Below are positions 9,414 to 20,414 of a stretch of DNA of 64,000 bases, piece after piece. The stretch is taken from the IMG/VR virus record IMGVR_UViG_3300017774_005022, positions 5,657 through 69,656 of that record; one strand, given 5' to 3'. The position numbers were made by a program, and so were the translations under genes. The notes beneath the pieces are model-generated. The model saw nothing but the letters and a program-made list of their open reading frames with translations. It ran no database searches and had not been told where the DNA came from. Within the stretch, counting starts at the first letter, position 1; the number at the start of each line of letters is the position of its first letter. This DNA comes from a virus. Lineage: Duplodnaviria; Caudoviricetes.

Positions 9414-10511
9414 ATGGCTACACCCGCCGAGATCAGAGCAAATTATTACAGAGGCAAGCAGCGTTCGCCCGAGGCGCAGGCTATCGCAAAACGTTTGGAA
9501 GAAGCCCCGCGCAAGAGTATTGAGGAATCGGGTAGAATTAGCAAATTTAACGAAGGTCGCGACCCCTTCCTGAACACTCTTTCTGACGCAGAACTAGCAC
9601 TTGCTCCGGGCGGTTTTTCATCTGTTGACATGAACCCCGGTGCTCGTCGCGAGACTGTCCGTGCTGCTGTCGAAGCCGAGATCCCCGATTGGCTACCCGC
9701 CGAAGTTGAAAATCGTTTGCGCGAACGTCAAGATGCTATGGGCCGTAAGCTCACTGAACGTGAGAAGGAACAGGCCGAGTACGAACGTATGGCCGGGGTT
9801 CCCACCCGCACTTTACTCCCCGGAGAAGATACTGGAACTTTGGTTTCTTCTGCCACTAAACGTGAACAGGCGGCGAAACCCGAAACAGAGGCAGAAAGAC
9901 TTCTAAATGAAGATCCTGCGCAGCGAGCCTTACTCGCGCCGATCCGTGAGCAACTTGCAGAGCAAAAAGCTGGGGAAGAAGATGCGGCTATTAAACTAGC
10001 TCAGTTTCGCGCAAGCGCAGATAAAAACGTACAAGAAAAACGCAAAGAAAAAGAAAAAAGCGAAGGCGCGAGAGCAAAAGATCTATTTGCATCTTGGGAC
10101 GCAGATAAGGCAGCCCGAGCCGAGGGGGAGAGTTACCAAAAAGACGCAGGACGAAGACTCGCACAGGTCAGACGTAGCCTACGTAGCGAAGATTTAACTG
10201 CAGCGCAGTTTAACGAATTGATGGACGAAGAAGCTTTGCTTCGAGGTGTGATTGGGCTCAGAGACCAAGGATTTTCTAACGAAGTTACGGCCCTTGGCCG
10301 GGATCTAGAAGCAAATCGTCGTAAGAGGAAAGGTGAGGGGGATCAACTCAGAGCAGCAGCTTTAAAACGCGCTCTTGCTGCAGACACCGAAGCTGGGGGA
10401 GTGGAAAGATCAAAAACGGTTGTAGATGAGTTTAATTTTCCCTTAAGTAACACCCTCCGCAGTTTCTCAAACCTTTCGGGTTTCTCTTCTGGTTTCACTG
10501 GCTTAAAATAA
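9414..10511 (+). CDS. Putative internal virion (ejection) protein, coiled-coil
   Basis: 365 aa, A/E/R/K-rich and helical; first of three increasingly large genes, as for podoviral ejection proteins. Confidence 0.55.
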   Translation: MATPAEIRANYYRGKQRSPEAQAIAKRLEEAPRKSIEESGRISKFNEGRDPFLNTLSDAELALAPGGFSSVDMNPGARRETVRAAVEAEIPDWLPAEVENRLRERQDAMGRKLTEREKEQAEYERMAGVPTRTLLPGEDTGTLVSSATKREQAAKPETEAERLLNEDPAQRALLAPIREQLAEQKAGEEDAAIKLAQFRASADKNVQEKRKEKEKSEGARAKDLFASWDADKAARAEGESYQKDAGRRLAQVRRSLRSEDLTAAQFNELMDEEALLRGVIGLRDQGFSNEVTALGRDLEANRRKRKGEGDQLRAAALKRALAADTEAGGVERSKTVVDEFNFPLSNTLRSFSNLSGFSSGFTGLK

Positions 10512-10515
10512 AATT

Positions 10516-11847
10516 ATGGCTGAAGAATCCCGCTCAACTTTTGACTTCTCCGATCAGTTTGGATCTGATCCGATTACTCGACGTTACCGCCCTACAAATT
10601 TAGTAGACATCCGTGGAGCAGAAGCGGGGGCACGTGAGGCGGCAGCTACTCGAGAATTGGCCGAAGCTAATCTAGCCAAAGTGCAAGCTGAGCTAACTGC
10701 TCAAATGGCTCCCATGAAAATGGGGGTGGAAATGGTTACTACAATGTCGGAATTGGTGAAAAACCGCGCTGCGATGCAAGAAAAATCTGCTATTAGCATG
10801 GCCGCAGCAACAATTTCCGAAGCTTTGGGCAACCCTAATCTTGATCTCAAGGGGTTGTCACAACTGGCATCCGGTTCTAATGCTATCGGGCTCCAAGATA
10901 CAGAGACAGGGGTGAGAGTACGCTCCCTTATGCTAGACAAATTTAGGCAGGCAGTGGACAATGCAGAATCGCCCTATGAAGTGGATACCATTTTTAGTTC
11001 CATTCCCTCAACATTGGCTGCTGAACCCCCGTTTGTTACCGCTCGCGCAAATGCTTTGTCACAAGCTAACTTGAGACAAGGGGTCCAGCAATCGTTCGCA
11101 TCTGAACCTTCTCTTGGTAAAGTACCTGTTACCCCAGCAGGTGGCGTTGATGTGCCGGGGGCTCAGATAAGCATTGCTGCCAAAGCAGGAGACCTAGAAA
11201 GGAGAAAAGAAGCTGGGGCCAATCTTAAATTTGTGCGGGACCAAATTGAGTCTTTGGAGCGTAAGGCAGCAACGGCAGATTTAACCCCAAGTGAACTTCT
11301 AGAACGTGAAACACTTGAGGCAGATGCACGTAGACTTTTGGGAATAGTAATGCAGCGAGATGTTTCAGAGGGGTCACAACCCACTGATTCCGCAGCCCCT
11401 CCGGGGGACAGGGTTGGGAATATCCTCCCACAGAGCGCGGTTACGGCTCCAGATCAAGCAGCAGCTGCATCTGCCGCAGCTACAGCTACTGGTGGTGCAA
11501 CGACTACGCCAGAGACTTCGGCTTCCGCCCCAGTCCCGACAGCACTTCCCTTAACTTTGGCAGAGGAAGCGAGACAAGCTGTCGAACAGGCACAGCAAGC
11601 CGAAATCCGCGCTAGCACGGCACCGGCTCGTGAAGAGAGACAAGTCGAGGCCGAAAGAAAAATCGAGGAAGGTACGCGGCTTATAAATTTAAGGAACCTT
11701 GTTAAGGAAAAATCTAGTCTTCTTAAAGCTATCTACGAGAATGAAGCAGGACAAAAACTTAAACCGGGAATAACCTCTGATTCAGATATTGTAAAACGTG
11801 TTCTGGCAAGAATTGCAGAGATAGATAAAGAACTTCCCAAAAAATAA
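10516..11847 (+). CDS. Putative internal virion (ejection) protein
   Basis: 443 aa, Ala-rich and helical; starts MAEESRS; directly precedes the giant internal protein. Confidence 0.55.
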   Translation: MAEESRSTFDFSDQFGSDPITRRYRPTNLVDIRGAEAGAREAAATRELAEANLAKVQAELTAQMAPMKMGVEMVTTMSELVKNRAAMQEKSAISMAAATISEALGNPNLDLKGLSQLASGSNAIGLQDTETGVRVRSLMLDKFRQAVDNAESPYEVDTIFSSIPSTLAAEPPFVTARANALSQANLRQGVQQSFASEPSLGKVPVTPAGGVDVPGAQISIAAKAGDLERRKEAGANLKFVRDQIESLERKAATADLTPSELLERETLEADARRLLGIVMQRDVSEGSQPTDSAAPPGDRVGNILPQSAVTAPDQAAAASAAATATGGATTTPETSASAPVPTALPLTLAEEARQAVEQAQQAEIRASTAPAREERQVEAERKIEEGTRLINLRNLVKEKSSLLKAIYENEAGQKLKPGITSDSDIVKRVLARIAEIDKELPKK

Positions 11848-11848
11848 T

Positions 11849-14800
11849 ATGGCTCTTACTAGACCTCCAACTTGGGGAGAAGTTGAGCAGGATGAGAGGT
11901 TTAAAGCCTTAACTCCTGATTTAAAATTACAGGCACTTAACAATTGGTCTAAACTCTCTAGAGAATACGGAACGTCTACTGGTTTATTCTACTCGCCCGA
12001 CGAACAGAACAAGTATCTTAACACTCTGGATGTTAAAACTAGGGAGTACGAATCCTTAATTCCTAAAAATGTAGGTACTTTGGAGGGTATTACCAATGCC
12101 GCAGCCAACGCTTGGGATTCTTCGCAACAAGCATTGAAGGCTGTCGGCGGGGTGTCGCCCGAAGAAGCTGCTGAAATTTCAAAGATCGAGTACGACAAGC
12201 AAGCGCGTAGTCTTGCTCCGGGTTATCGCGACTACCTAGACGCTCAAGGACTGGATGCGGTAAAAGCATTTGCAGTTAATCCTATAGAGGTTACCACAAA
12301 CATTGTGGCCGAGGGTCTGGCTGGTAGCGTTCCCGCACTAGCTGCAGGTCTCGCTACTGGGTTGGCGGGGGCCGCGATCGGCGCACCGACTGTTGTTGGC
12401 GCACCTATCGGTTTCATGGCGGGTCAAGTAACAGGTACTTTTGCCGGATCTCTGGCTACCGAATACGGCGGCAAGATTTTACAAGAACTCCAAGAGGCCG
12501 GGATGGACATGACCAATCCCGACAGCATCATTGAATTTTTCTCCAATGAAGAATTGGTTAATGCAGCGCGGGAAAAGGGTTTAAAAAGAGGTATACCCAT
12601 TGCCATATTTGATGCTTTTTCGGCAGGTATCGGCGGCAGGGTTAGTTCGATTGTCAAAGCTGCGACAAAAGCTCCCGTAGGTTCGGTCGCTCGCAACGTA
12701 GCCGAAAGTGGCGCAGTTCAAGCCCTAACTAAAACCCCCACAAGGCTCGTCGCTACAGAACTTGGTATCCAAGCTGGGGCGGGTGGTCTGGGTGAAGTTG
12801 CAGGATCTTTGGTTGCTGGGGATCCTATTGAAGGTAAATCTGTTTTTGCCGAGATTCTTGGCGAAGCTGGTCCAGCTATTGCAGAAATTGCTACGGGTCG
12901 AGTTTCCTCTGGATTCAATGCGAAGAAAGCCGAGGCTAAAGCGGCCCGAGATAAGAAAGTTTCTGAGACTCTTAAAACTGAACAAACTTTGCAGGAAAAC
13001 AATGCGCCCCTGACCGCTAAAGCTTTGAGAGACGCAACCGTGGGTTCCTTGAAAGAAGACACCGATCGCGTAGAAACCATAGTATCTGATATCGAAGAGA
13101 GGGAGCAAACAGCTGCTGCAGAAGCAGCTTATCGGGAGCAGAGACCTCCAATCATCTTGCCGCCAGCCACTCCTGCAGTTGTAACTCCTACTCCGGCTCC
13201 TGCGGAACTTGAGCGTATAAAACCTGCAGAAGAGCAAGTTTTTTCCACAATAGAGGAAGCTAACAGATGGTTCAGATCTTTTAATCCGGAAGAAATTTCA
13301 AGCACTGGAACAACTACGCAGAATGGGAGGGTAGTGGCTAGGGTAAGTTTTATTCCGAAAAGTAGTACAACTGCGCCCACTCCAGCAGTGGTAACTCCCA
13401 CTCCCGCTCCTGCGGCGGTAACTCCTGCTCCTGCAGTTGTAACCCCGGCTCCTGTTCCTACTCCTGTGGCGGTAGCTCCTGTTCCTACTCCCGCAGTTGT
13501 AACTCCTACTCCCGCAGTTGTAACTCCTACTCCCGTTCCTACTCCTGCTCCTGCGGCGGTAACCCCCACTCCGGCTCCTGCCGCACCCACAGCCCAGCGT
13601 CCAGAGTTAGCTGAAGCGATTAAGAGGCGTAACGTCAACGAAGATGGCACGATCTGGCTTGATGGAAACCGAGTTGCGGCTACTCCCGAGAACGTCGAGA
13701 GGGTACTTTCATCACAAACACGCACCGCAGACTCAGAAAATTTACAACGTAGCATTGCGCGACTAGAGCAACTCGCTAAAGAAATGCCTGACGCGGATAT
13801 CGAGACTGTTCGGAGGATGGGTTATCAAGAAAAACTTTCCGGGCTCGAAGCCGATACCCGCTTGGGGTCTTTTGTAGAAGCACTCAAAGAGGCGAAATAC
13901 CGACTACAACAATCTCAGCAATACGCAGCGGACTTGCGACTCGCGTCAGCTATGGCAACCGAAGCCGTTGCTCCCGCACCCACCCCTGCTCCTGCTCCTG
14001 CCACTGCCCCCGCTCCGGTAGTTGAAACTCCTGCTCCTGCTCCTGCTCCGGTAGTTGAAACCACTGCTCCGGAACTGCAAGCACCGAACCCCGATGCGCA
14101 GGCATATGAAGACGAACTAGTTCAAGAATCTCTGAACGCAGGGACCAAGGTACCACAACGCACGGTAGAGCAGATCCGTAAAGATATTAAAGGAACGGGT
14201 AGGTATCCCGGCCAATATCAAGTTGAGATCCGTAAACTCCGTGAGCGTGTAAAAGCTCGTCTTGCCGCCGCAACCCCGACCCCAACCCCAACCGCTCCTG
14301 CAGCTGTAGCTGCCCCGACTGCTCTACCAACCGAACAGGAAACACTGATCGAGGAGAGTTTACAAAAAGGCGGGGTCCCTTCTACAGCCGCAATCAAAAG
14401 TAGGTTTAAAGAAGCTGGCGTAGAGCAACAACGAGCAGTGCGTACAGAAGGAGTTCGGAGACTAGCTTCTAATTACGGCATTGAGTATTCCGATACTTTA
14501 GACATGGTGAAGGATTTTGATAAAAAAGATTCCCTACCCGTGCGTCTGGTGCCGTCTGCTGAAGAGGGTGTCAGTACTGTTGAACCAGTTTTCGTAAACA
14601 ACCCCGATGTTGCAGCACGTCAACTGGACAAAGGATATACTCTTACGGTGCCCGAAAACATGCGGAACAACGTGGCTCCGGGAATTACTTTCGACCCCAA
14701 TACTGGGCAGGTGACTTCAGCCCAATCGCGTGGATTCACGGTCCAGAAGCTGGGAGAGTTGGCTAAACAAGTCCGAGATTCAAGGGTTAAAGTAGAGGGT

Positions 14801-17800
14801 TCGGCTGACATTAACTCTGAAGCCGACATGAAAAAGCTCAGGGTAGGGGTACAAAAACTGAGCAAGAATAAAGATTTTGAAACCCAACTGCGCGGCGTAA
14901 TAACACGTCTGGCCGAGTTCAACACTAACCTGCCCATAAGTGATAAAAGCATACTGGAGACAAAAGCCCTGTCTATTTGGGTTGATGGTCAATTGAAAAA
15001 CAAACCCATTGACCCGGCTTTGGCTTGGAAGTTTGCCGAAAGAAAACTAGCCCCGAAGCTGGCTGTGCGGGTGCAAGAAGAATCTTTACAAGCAGCTTAT
15101 ACCGAGAGTGGCCAGACCCTAGAAAACGTACTATCATCAGAAGAGCCTACGCAGGAACAACTTGATGCCGAAGCCGAGCAGCTGGTGGAAGTGGCGGCTG
15201 CAGCTGCTGAGACTGGGGAGGTTTACAAACCAGAAGCTGAAACGGGTACAGTTGTAGCGACGAGTCGCGCCAGTCGTATATCGTACGATCAGGCTAAAAA
15301 TCTTGTCAGCAATCCTAGGCCCCCTGCAAATTTAGACAAAGCTGCCAAAGCTCAGTTTGCTCAATTTTTGCAAGAGGCCGGGGACCTTATTGAGTTTACC
15401 AAAGATATCCGGGCACAACTCCTTAAAGATGGTGTCAGTGCCAAAGACTACGGCAATTGGACATATGACGATTTTGCCAACGTAGATGTCGGTAATACTG
15501 GCGTAGTCCTTGAATCTAGCGCACGCGAAGACAGTCCATACATCCGCGAGCAGATTGGGTGGTTTGATAACATCGCAAATCAATTGGGGGTGCCAGATAT
15601 TGGTTTCTTTACGCCGGAACAGTTCAGCACTATCTCCAGATACTATGCGGACAAGTACCGTCCTTACTTTGATGCTGGCAATACTACACTGCCTGCGGAC
15701 TCATCAGTAGCGGATTTAGAAAATATCCAAAAAATATTCGAAACGGGGGTGGGTACCGCCAGCGCATACAGGACTACTTTGCAGGAGCTTCAAGGTAACT
15801 ACCCCGGTATTCGTAGGATCATTTACTCCACAAAGAAGCTGGCGAATGCTTGGTATGATCCTAAGTATCCCGGCGTGGTGTTTTTCAATCCGGTGCAGCT
15901 TGAGCGCGAGGTAGCGGGACTGACGGAATCCGAAGCGTTCCCCGTACTCCGAGCCATCATGGATGAGGAGTATGATCACTACGTCACGGTTGGCGTTATC
16001 TCCCCGGAACAAGCTGCTGATATAGTTGGTGGGTTAGATGAATTGGTGTTGCAAAATGTCATCGATGAGTATCTCCCAGCTGATCAATTTCAAACAACGG
16101 AAGACAGGCAAGCAGCCATAGATGAGTTGATGGCTAATCCTAGCTCCGTGGGCTACGAGTACTTGCGCATGATTCGTCAGCGTATGAAGCGCGGTCTGAC
16201 CACAGAAGATCTTACAAACAACATTCCGCAAAGCATCAAGGATAAAATATTTCAAATGATCCGCGCATTGATTGCCAAAATGCGGACACGTCTTCTTGTA
16301 TATCGCGATCCCGTACTAGCACGTGCAACCCAAGCAGTTGAACGCGGCTACAGGGTTATGGAGATTCGTGAAGAGATCAACAATCTCTCTCCCGAAGATC
16401 GGGACTTCTTGTACGAGAATCCTATTCTATACAAAGAACTTTTTGCTAAACCCAAACAAGGGACGATCGAATCAAAACAAATTCTGATTAACAACGCTGC
16501 AGAAGCAGAAAAGATAAAGCCGGGAAAGAGCTACTGGATTCTGCCTAGCGGACAAGTAATCGATGTTGTGGGCGTTGACTTCAGTAATGCAAACCCAACA
16601 CATGGTAGATACGTACGCCAATGGGTACGGGGGAACTTGCGTAATCAATCTGAATCTATCGAAAATAAAGAGATTGCTAGGAAAATTGAAGATCGAGCTA
16701 GGGATTTAATGGCTCAAGACATTGGGTTTTTAGAGTACGATGAAACTGCTCTAGAGGAAGAATATCAAGAAGCCGTTGCCGTGCAGGAAGCTCTGGGAGA
16801 CGAGCCTCCGGATAGGGATCAGTTTATGCGTGATGCCTATAACAGCGCAGGTCCGACCGATGCGGCGTATAATTTAGCAGCTATATCACAGGGTTGGGCG
16901 CGGGTAGCGGTGCCTAGGCAGATGGATCAAGACCGACCACTGACGATACAAGTGTCAAAAAATAAACTGGGTAAGGGGGCCAACGTAACAATAGGAGAGT
17001 TGACACAACTAAGACCTACTTACGTCACGGATGAATCTACAAGCGTAGTTGGAGATTACTTAGGAGCTAAAGTAGCGGGGTACTTGGGTGAAACAGTTGA
17101 AGGCGTACCTGCAGTAATGGTGCCCAAACGCGATGCGTTTTCTTTCCTACAGTACTTGAGGAGCATGCCCAACCAAGCTCCGTTTCTACCTTCGGCACCC
17201 GGAAAACGTACGAAAGGAACTCGTGCTTCAGATAAGGTTTTTATCAAAGGAGGCATTTGGTCTTCGGGACTCTTTACCCCGAAACAACGGGATATTATTC
17301 TTGCAGGTAAGAGCGAAGTTGCTGCTGCAAACAATGAATTTAAGTTTGCCCTTGAAGCTTTAGACAGATCCGTCAAGAAAGCATATGGTAAAACTCCCCC
17401 TGTCGACGTTATCAACAGTGTCTTGGGTTCCACGGAAAACCCGCTTACCGATGCACAGGTTCAAGATATCAAAGACTACACTAAAACTCTTAGGGCACGT
17501 AAGCTCGAAGCCGACGAAATTAGTGAACTGGTAGGTATCCGTAAAGCCGCGTTTCGTAACGTTAATCAAAACGCACAGAGGGCAAAGATTGCAGCGGACC
17601 TCGCTACATTAGATCCAAAGGTAGCGCAAAGCATAACGGCCATGCGTCAAAAACTGGACTTGCTATCTACTAAATTGATAGAGGGGGGCTACATTGCGCA
17701 GGAACTGATTCCGGTATTTGAGGGTAACATGGAGTTGTATCTACACCGTAACTACGCAATTTATAATGACCCTATTTGGAAAGAGTACATGACTAATCCG

Positions 17801-20293
17801 CAGACAGCGGAGCACATGAAAATTCGCACAGCATTTGAAAAGCTAGCTACGGATCGTGCCGTGGCCGAGAAGGTCGCGGAGCTTCGCCGCGAGTCGCGCA
17901 AAGTCGACCCAACTAAGGTGATGTCTATAGCCGATGCTAAGACTGAGGTGAAGAATAACTACACTGACTGGGTGGCTCGTCGTGTAGATGAAATTACTAC
18001 AGATTTCCTAGACGTTGCGGATCAAGACAGTTACAAATTTTTTGTCGGAGGTTCTTCCCTGCCCGGAAAACGTAGCTTGGATATCTTAAAAGTTAGGGGG
18101 CAGTTGCCAAAAGAAGTTCGAGATTTTTGGGGTGAGGAGAAAGACATCAAACTAAACTTTGTGCAAGCCGCCGGGAAAATGGCTTCTTTTATTTCAGCTA
18201 CCGATACCGCTAGAAACATACTGGAAAATGGTATTAGTGAAGGATTTATCTGGAAGAGGAACTACGACAACAGGGTTGTGTTTAACGGCAAGACTCGTAA
18301 ATACGATGTGATTCTAGGAGATGTTCGTAAAGAGGGGTTCAACACAGAGAAAGAAGCTGAAGCTTGGAGACAGACGGAATACCCCGCTGCGGCTCCGAAA
18401 CTCGCAGCTTCCGTACATCCGAAAGGTTTTGTGAGGCTTCTTAAGAAAGGCGCAAACCCTCAAAGTGTGGCTCCGTTAGATGGGGCATATGGCCCACCAG
18501 AATTGAGGGACGCATTGAATCAAGCGTTCAATCCTAAAGCTACTGCGGGATGGGCTAACTGGTTTAGTGCGCTTTCACTTGTAGCCATGTCTGCCAAAAC
18601 CGTGGGTTACCTACCCCGGTCTGCGATACGGAATTTTTTAGGCAACCCCCTAATCATTCTTTCTAAAGGTTTGTTTAACTTGAGCGATCCTATGTCGATG
18701 GTTAAGTCTATGGCGGATGGGTTTAAAGTTGCTGGTCTTAATCTTGGACTGCGTAGCGGTAAGTTGTTAAATGTGCAACCTTTGCTACAGAAATTAATTA
18801 GGCTTGGGGTAGTGAACGATACATTTAATGGAGGCTTGTTGAAGCAACTTTATGAAGACAGCAACGAGATACCTATTTTAAAGGCTTTGTTTTCAGATAC
18901 TCCTTACGACAGTAAGCTAAAGAACTTGGGAGTGGGGGTCGCCAAGAAGATTGGCAAAGTTTACAGCATAGCTACGGACATCTACACAGGTGTTGATGAT
19001 ATTTGGAAAGTCTATGCGTGGCAGCAGGAGCGCATAAAACAGGCAAACGCCAATCCTAGTTTGTCTGAGAGTGAGCTTGATGAAGCTGCGGCCTACAATG
19101 TACGTAACACAGTGCCGACATATAGTCTGTCTCCCGAGATAACTAAGGAGATACGTAGGATTCCCATACTTGCACCATTTATCACGTGGACTAGCGAGGT
19201 TCTCCGTACTACCAGTAACGGTATCGCAATAGCTAACGCAGAAATTAAAGAAGGTATTGCTACCAAAAATAAAGCTTTGTACGCCAACGGAATATCGAGG
19301 TGGGCAGGACTGATTTCGGCACTGGGCATCATACCCGCTGCTTCAGCTGTATCTAATGCAGTCTTCAATAACGGTGAAGAAGATGACGAGGCTGTGCGAG
19401 AGTTGCTACCCGACTGGCAGAAAAATGCGCAGATCGTGCTTCTTGGAAAACCAGAAGGTGGTAAGGTACGGTATCTCGATCTTAGTTACCTCGACCCTTT
19501 TCAAGTATTTAAAGAGCCCATAATTGCAGCTATAAGAGGTCTGAGTTCGGGGGACGATTTGCTTAAAGTAGTATCTGATACTGGCAGTGAAGCTCTTCGA
19601 CCTCTATTTTCGGAACAGCTGTTTTTTGGCGCGGTACTCGACGCTATGCGGAATAGGACAGCGGATGGCTTTCAAATAACCAACCCCCAAAATACGGTAG
19701 CCAAACAGACTTACGATAAAGTGAAACATGTGGCTGCCAGCCTCACGCCCGGAGTATTGGCAAGTACGATACCCAATATTATTCGTGGGGCGAAGGGAGA
19801 AATCTCTAGAAACGGACAGGTGTACAGTCTAAGTAACGAACTATACAGCACTGCTTTTGGGCAAAAAATTGGCGAGATGGACGCCCAAACTAAACTTAGA
19901 GGTAGGGTGTCTTCCTACAAACGCGACAACGCAGACTCTTCCAGCTTATTTAACGATGTGTTTCTTAATCGCGGAACCGTCGAACCGGGCGAGGTTGCCG
20001 CAGCATTTGAAAGAGCTTCAAAAGCAAAAGAGGAAATTTACAATGAGTTGAGAGATGCTTACGAAAGTGCGTTGAAACTCGGCGTTTCTAAAAAAGAAGC
20101 ATACCTAATTCTTACGGGTCAGGGTACTGGCGAAGGGTTGAGTAAAGATCTAGCAATTAGCATTGTTAGAGGTAGGTACGTACCCTATAGACCCAACGTA
20201 ACGACTTTAAAACGCGCAGTGGCTACTAGACCAAATGGTCGGGAGCGCGTCGATGAGTTGCGCAAATACTTAGCCGAAAAGCCACGTGACTAA
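11849..20293 (+). CDS. Giant internal virion / polyvalent ejection protein (2814 aa)
   Basis: N-terminal G/A-rich hydrophobic helices (LAAGLATGLAGAAIGAPTVVGAPIGF), Pro/Thr linkers, zincin-like segment (NAWYDPKYPGVVFFNP...MDEEYDH), and a helical C-terminus with YLDLSYLDPF, typical of large ejection proteins. Confidence 0.75.
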   Translation: MALTRPPTWGEVEQDERFKALTPDLKLQALNNWSKLSREYGTSTGLFYSPDEQNKYLNTLDVKTREYESLIPKNVGTLEGITNAAANAWDSSQQALKAVGGVSPEEAAEISKIEYDKQARSLAPGYRDYLDAQGLDAVKAFAVNPIEVTTNIVAEGLAGSVPALAAGLATGLAGAAIGAPTVVGAPIGFMAGQVTGTFAGSLATEYGGKILQELQEAGMDMTNPDSIIEFFSNEELVNAAREKGLKRGIPIAIFDAFSAGIGGRVSSIVKAATKAPVGSVARNVAESGAVQALTKTPTRLVATELGIQAGAGGLGEVAGSLVAGDPIEGKSVFAEILGEAGPAIAEIATGRVSSGFNAKKAEAKAARDKKVSETLKTEQTLQENNAPLTAKALRDATVGSLKEDTDRVETIVSDIEEREQTAAAEAAYREQRPPIILPPATPAVVTPTPAPAELERIKPAEEQVFSTIEEANRWFRSFNPEEISSTGTTTQNGRVVARVSFIPKSSTTAPTPAVVTPTPAPAAVTPAPAVVTPAPVPTPVAVAPVPTPAVVTPTPAVVTPTPVPTPAPAAVTPTPAPAAPTAQRPELAEAIKRRNVNEDGTIWLDGNRVAATPENVERVLSSQTRTADSENLQRSIARLEQLAKEMPDADIETVRRMGYQEKLSGLEADTRLGSFVEALKEAKYRLQQSQQYAADLRLASAMATEAVAPAPTPAPAPATAPAPVVETPAPAPAPVVETTAPELQAPNPDAQAYEDELVQESLNAGTKVPQRTVEQIRKDIKGTGRYPGQYQVEIRKLRERVKARLAAATPTPTPTAPAAVAAPTALPTEQETLIEESLQKGGVPSTAAIKSRFKEAGVEQQRAVRTEGVRRLASNYGIEYSDTLDMVKDFDKKDSLPVRLVPSAEEGVSTVEPVFVNNPDVAARQLDKGYTLTVPENMRNNVAPGITFDPNTGQVTSAQSRGFTVQKLGELAKQVRDSRVKVEGSADINSEADMKKLRVGVQKLSKNKDFETQLRGVITRLAEFNTNLPISDKSILETKALSIWVDGQLKNKPIDPALAWKFAERKLAPKLAVRVQEESLQAAYTESGQTLENVLSSEEPTQEQLDAEAEQLVEVAAAAAETGEVYKPEAETGTVVATSRASRISYDQAKNLVSNPRPPANLDKAAKAQFAQFLQEAGDLIEFTKDIRAQLLKDGVSAKDYGNWTYDDFANVDVGNTGVVLESSAREDSPYIREQIGWFDNIANQLGVPDIGFFTPEQFSTISRYYADKYRPYFDAGNTTLPADSSVADLENIQKIFETGVGTASAYRTTLQELQGNYPGIRRIIYSTKKLANAWYDPKYPGVVFFNPVQLEREVAGLTESEAFPVLRAIMDEEYDHYVTVGVISPEQAADIVGGLDELVLQNVIDEYLPADQFQTTEDRQAAIDELMANPSSVGYEYLRMIRQRMKRGLTTEDLTNNIPQSIKDKIFQMIRALIAKMRTRLLVYRDPVLARATQAVERGYRVMEIREEINNLSPEDRDFLYENPILYKELFAKPKQGTIESKQILINNAAEAEKIKPGKSYWILPSGQVIDVVGVDFSNANPTHGRYVRQWVRGNLRNQSESIENKEIARKIEDRARDLMAQDIGFLEYDETALEEEYQEAVAVQEALGDEPPDRDQFMRDAYNSAGPTDAAYNLAAISQGWARVAVPRQMDQDRPLTIQVSKNKLGKGANVTIGELTQLRPTYVTDESTSVVGDYLGAKVAGYLGETVEGVPAVMVPKRDAFSFLQYLRSMPNQAPFLPSAPGKRTKGTRASDKVFIKGGIWSSGLFTPKQRDIILAGKSEVAAANNEFKFALEALDRSVKKAYGKTPPVDVINSVLGSTENPLTDAQVQDIKDYTKTLRARKLEADEISELVGIRKAAFRNVNQNAQRAKIAADLATLDPKVAQSITAMRQKLDLLSTKLIEGGYIAQELIPVFEGNMELYLHRNYAIYNDPIWKEYMTNPQTAEHMKIRTAFEKLATDRAVAEKVAELRRESRKVDPTKVMSIADAKTEVKNNYTDWVARRVDEITTDFLDVADQDSYKFFVGGSSLPGKRSLDILKVRGQLPKEVRDFWGEEKDIKLNFVQAAGKMASFISATDTARNILENGISEGFIWKRNYDNRVVFNGKTRKYDVILGDVRKEGFNTEKEAEAWRQTEYPAAAPKLAASVHPKGFVRLLKKGANPQSVAPLDGAYGPPELRDALNQAFNPKATAGWANWFSALSLVAMSAKTVGYLPRSAIRNFLGNPLIILSKGLFNLSDPMSMVKSMADGFKVAGLNLGLRSGKLLNVQPLLQKLIRLGVVNDTFNGGLLKQLYEDSNEIPILKALFSDTPYDSKLKNLGVGVAKKIGKVYSIATDIYTGVDDIWKVYAWQQERIKQANANPSLSESELDEAAAYNVRNTVPTYSLSPEITKEIRRIPILAPFITWTSEVLRTTSNGIAIANAEIKEGIATKNKALYANGISRWAGLISALGIIPAASAVSNAVFNNGEEDDEAVRELLPDWQKNAQIVLLGKPEGGKVRYLDLSYLDPFQVFKEPIIAAIRGLSSGDDLLKVVSDTGSEALRPLFSEQLFFGAVLDAMRNRTADGFQITNPQNTVAKQTYDKVKHVAASLTPGVLASTIPNIIRGAKGEISRNGQVYSLSNELYSTAFGQKIGEMDAQTKLRGRVSSYKRDNADSSSLFNDVFLNRGTVEPGEVAAAFERASKAKEEIYNELRDAYESALKLGVSKKEAYLILTGQGTGEGLSKDLAISIVRGRYVPYRPNVTTLKRAVATRPNGRERVDELRKYLAEKPRD
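13169..14322 (+). repeat. Coding tandem repeats giving Pro/Thr/Ala/Val linkers (TPTPAVV, PAPAPVVET)
   Basis: Degenerate ACTCCT/GCTCCT-based units; main arrays at ~13375-13590 and ~13969-14070. Confidence 0.9.
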
Positions 20294-20306
20294 GACCGGG
20301 AGTAAT

Positions 20307-20414
20307 ATGAGCGGGAGCAGGAACATACCCGCAGTCAAGAAAGCTCCAGATACAGCTTTAATTGGTGTCGTTACAATATCTATTTTTGTTAGTGTGTTAT
20401 TCATAATATGTTAA
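20307..20414 (+). CDS. 35-aa single-TM protein (not in ORF track)
   Basis: MSGSRNIPAVKKAPDTALIGVVTISIFVSVLFIIC*; fills the gap and overlaps the next start. Confidence 0.4.
   Translation: MSGSRNIPAVKKAPDTALIGVVTISIFVSVLFIIC

Noticed and set aside
13129-13755. - strand G/V/T/A repeat ORF resembling an adhesin
   Set aside because: Reverse complement of the Pro/Thr linker in the giant protein.
13169-14322. Possible CRISPR array
   Set aside because: Repeats are in-frame, degenerate and lack unique spacers. The CCCCTACCC array likewise has no regular repeat-spacer structure, and the Cas4-like domain is a replication nuclease.
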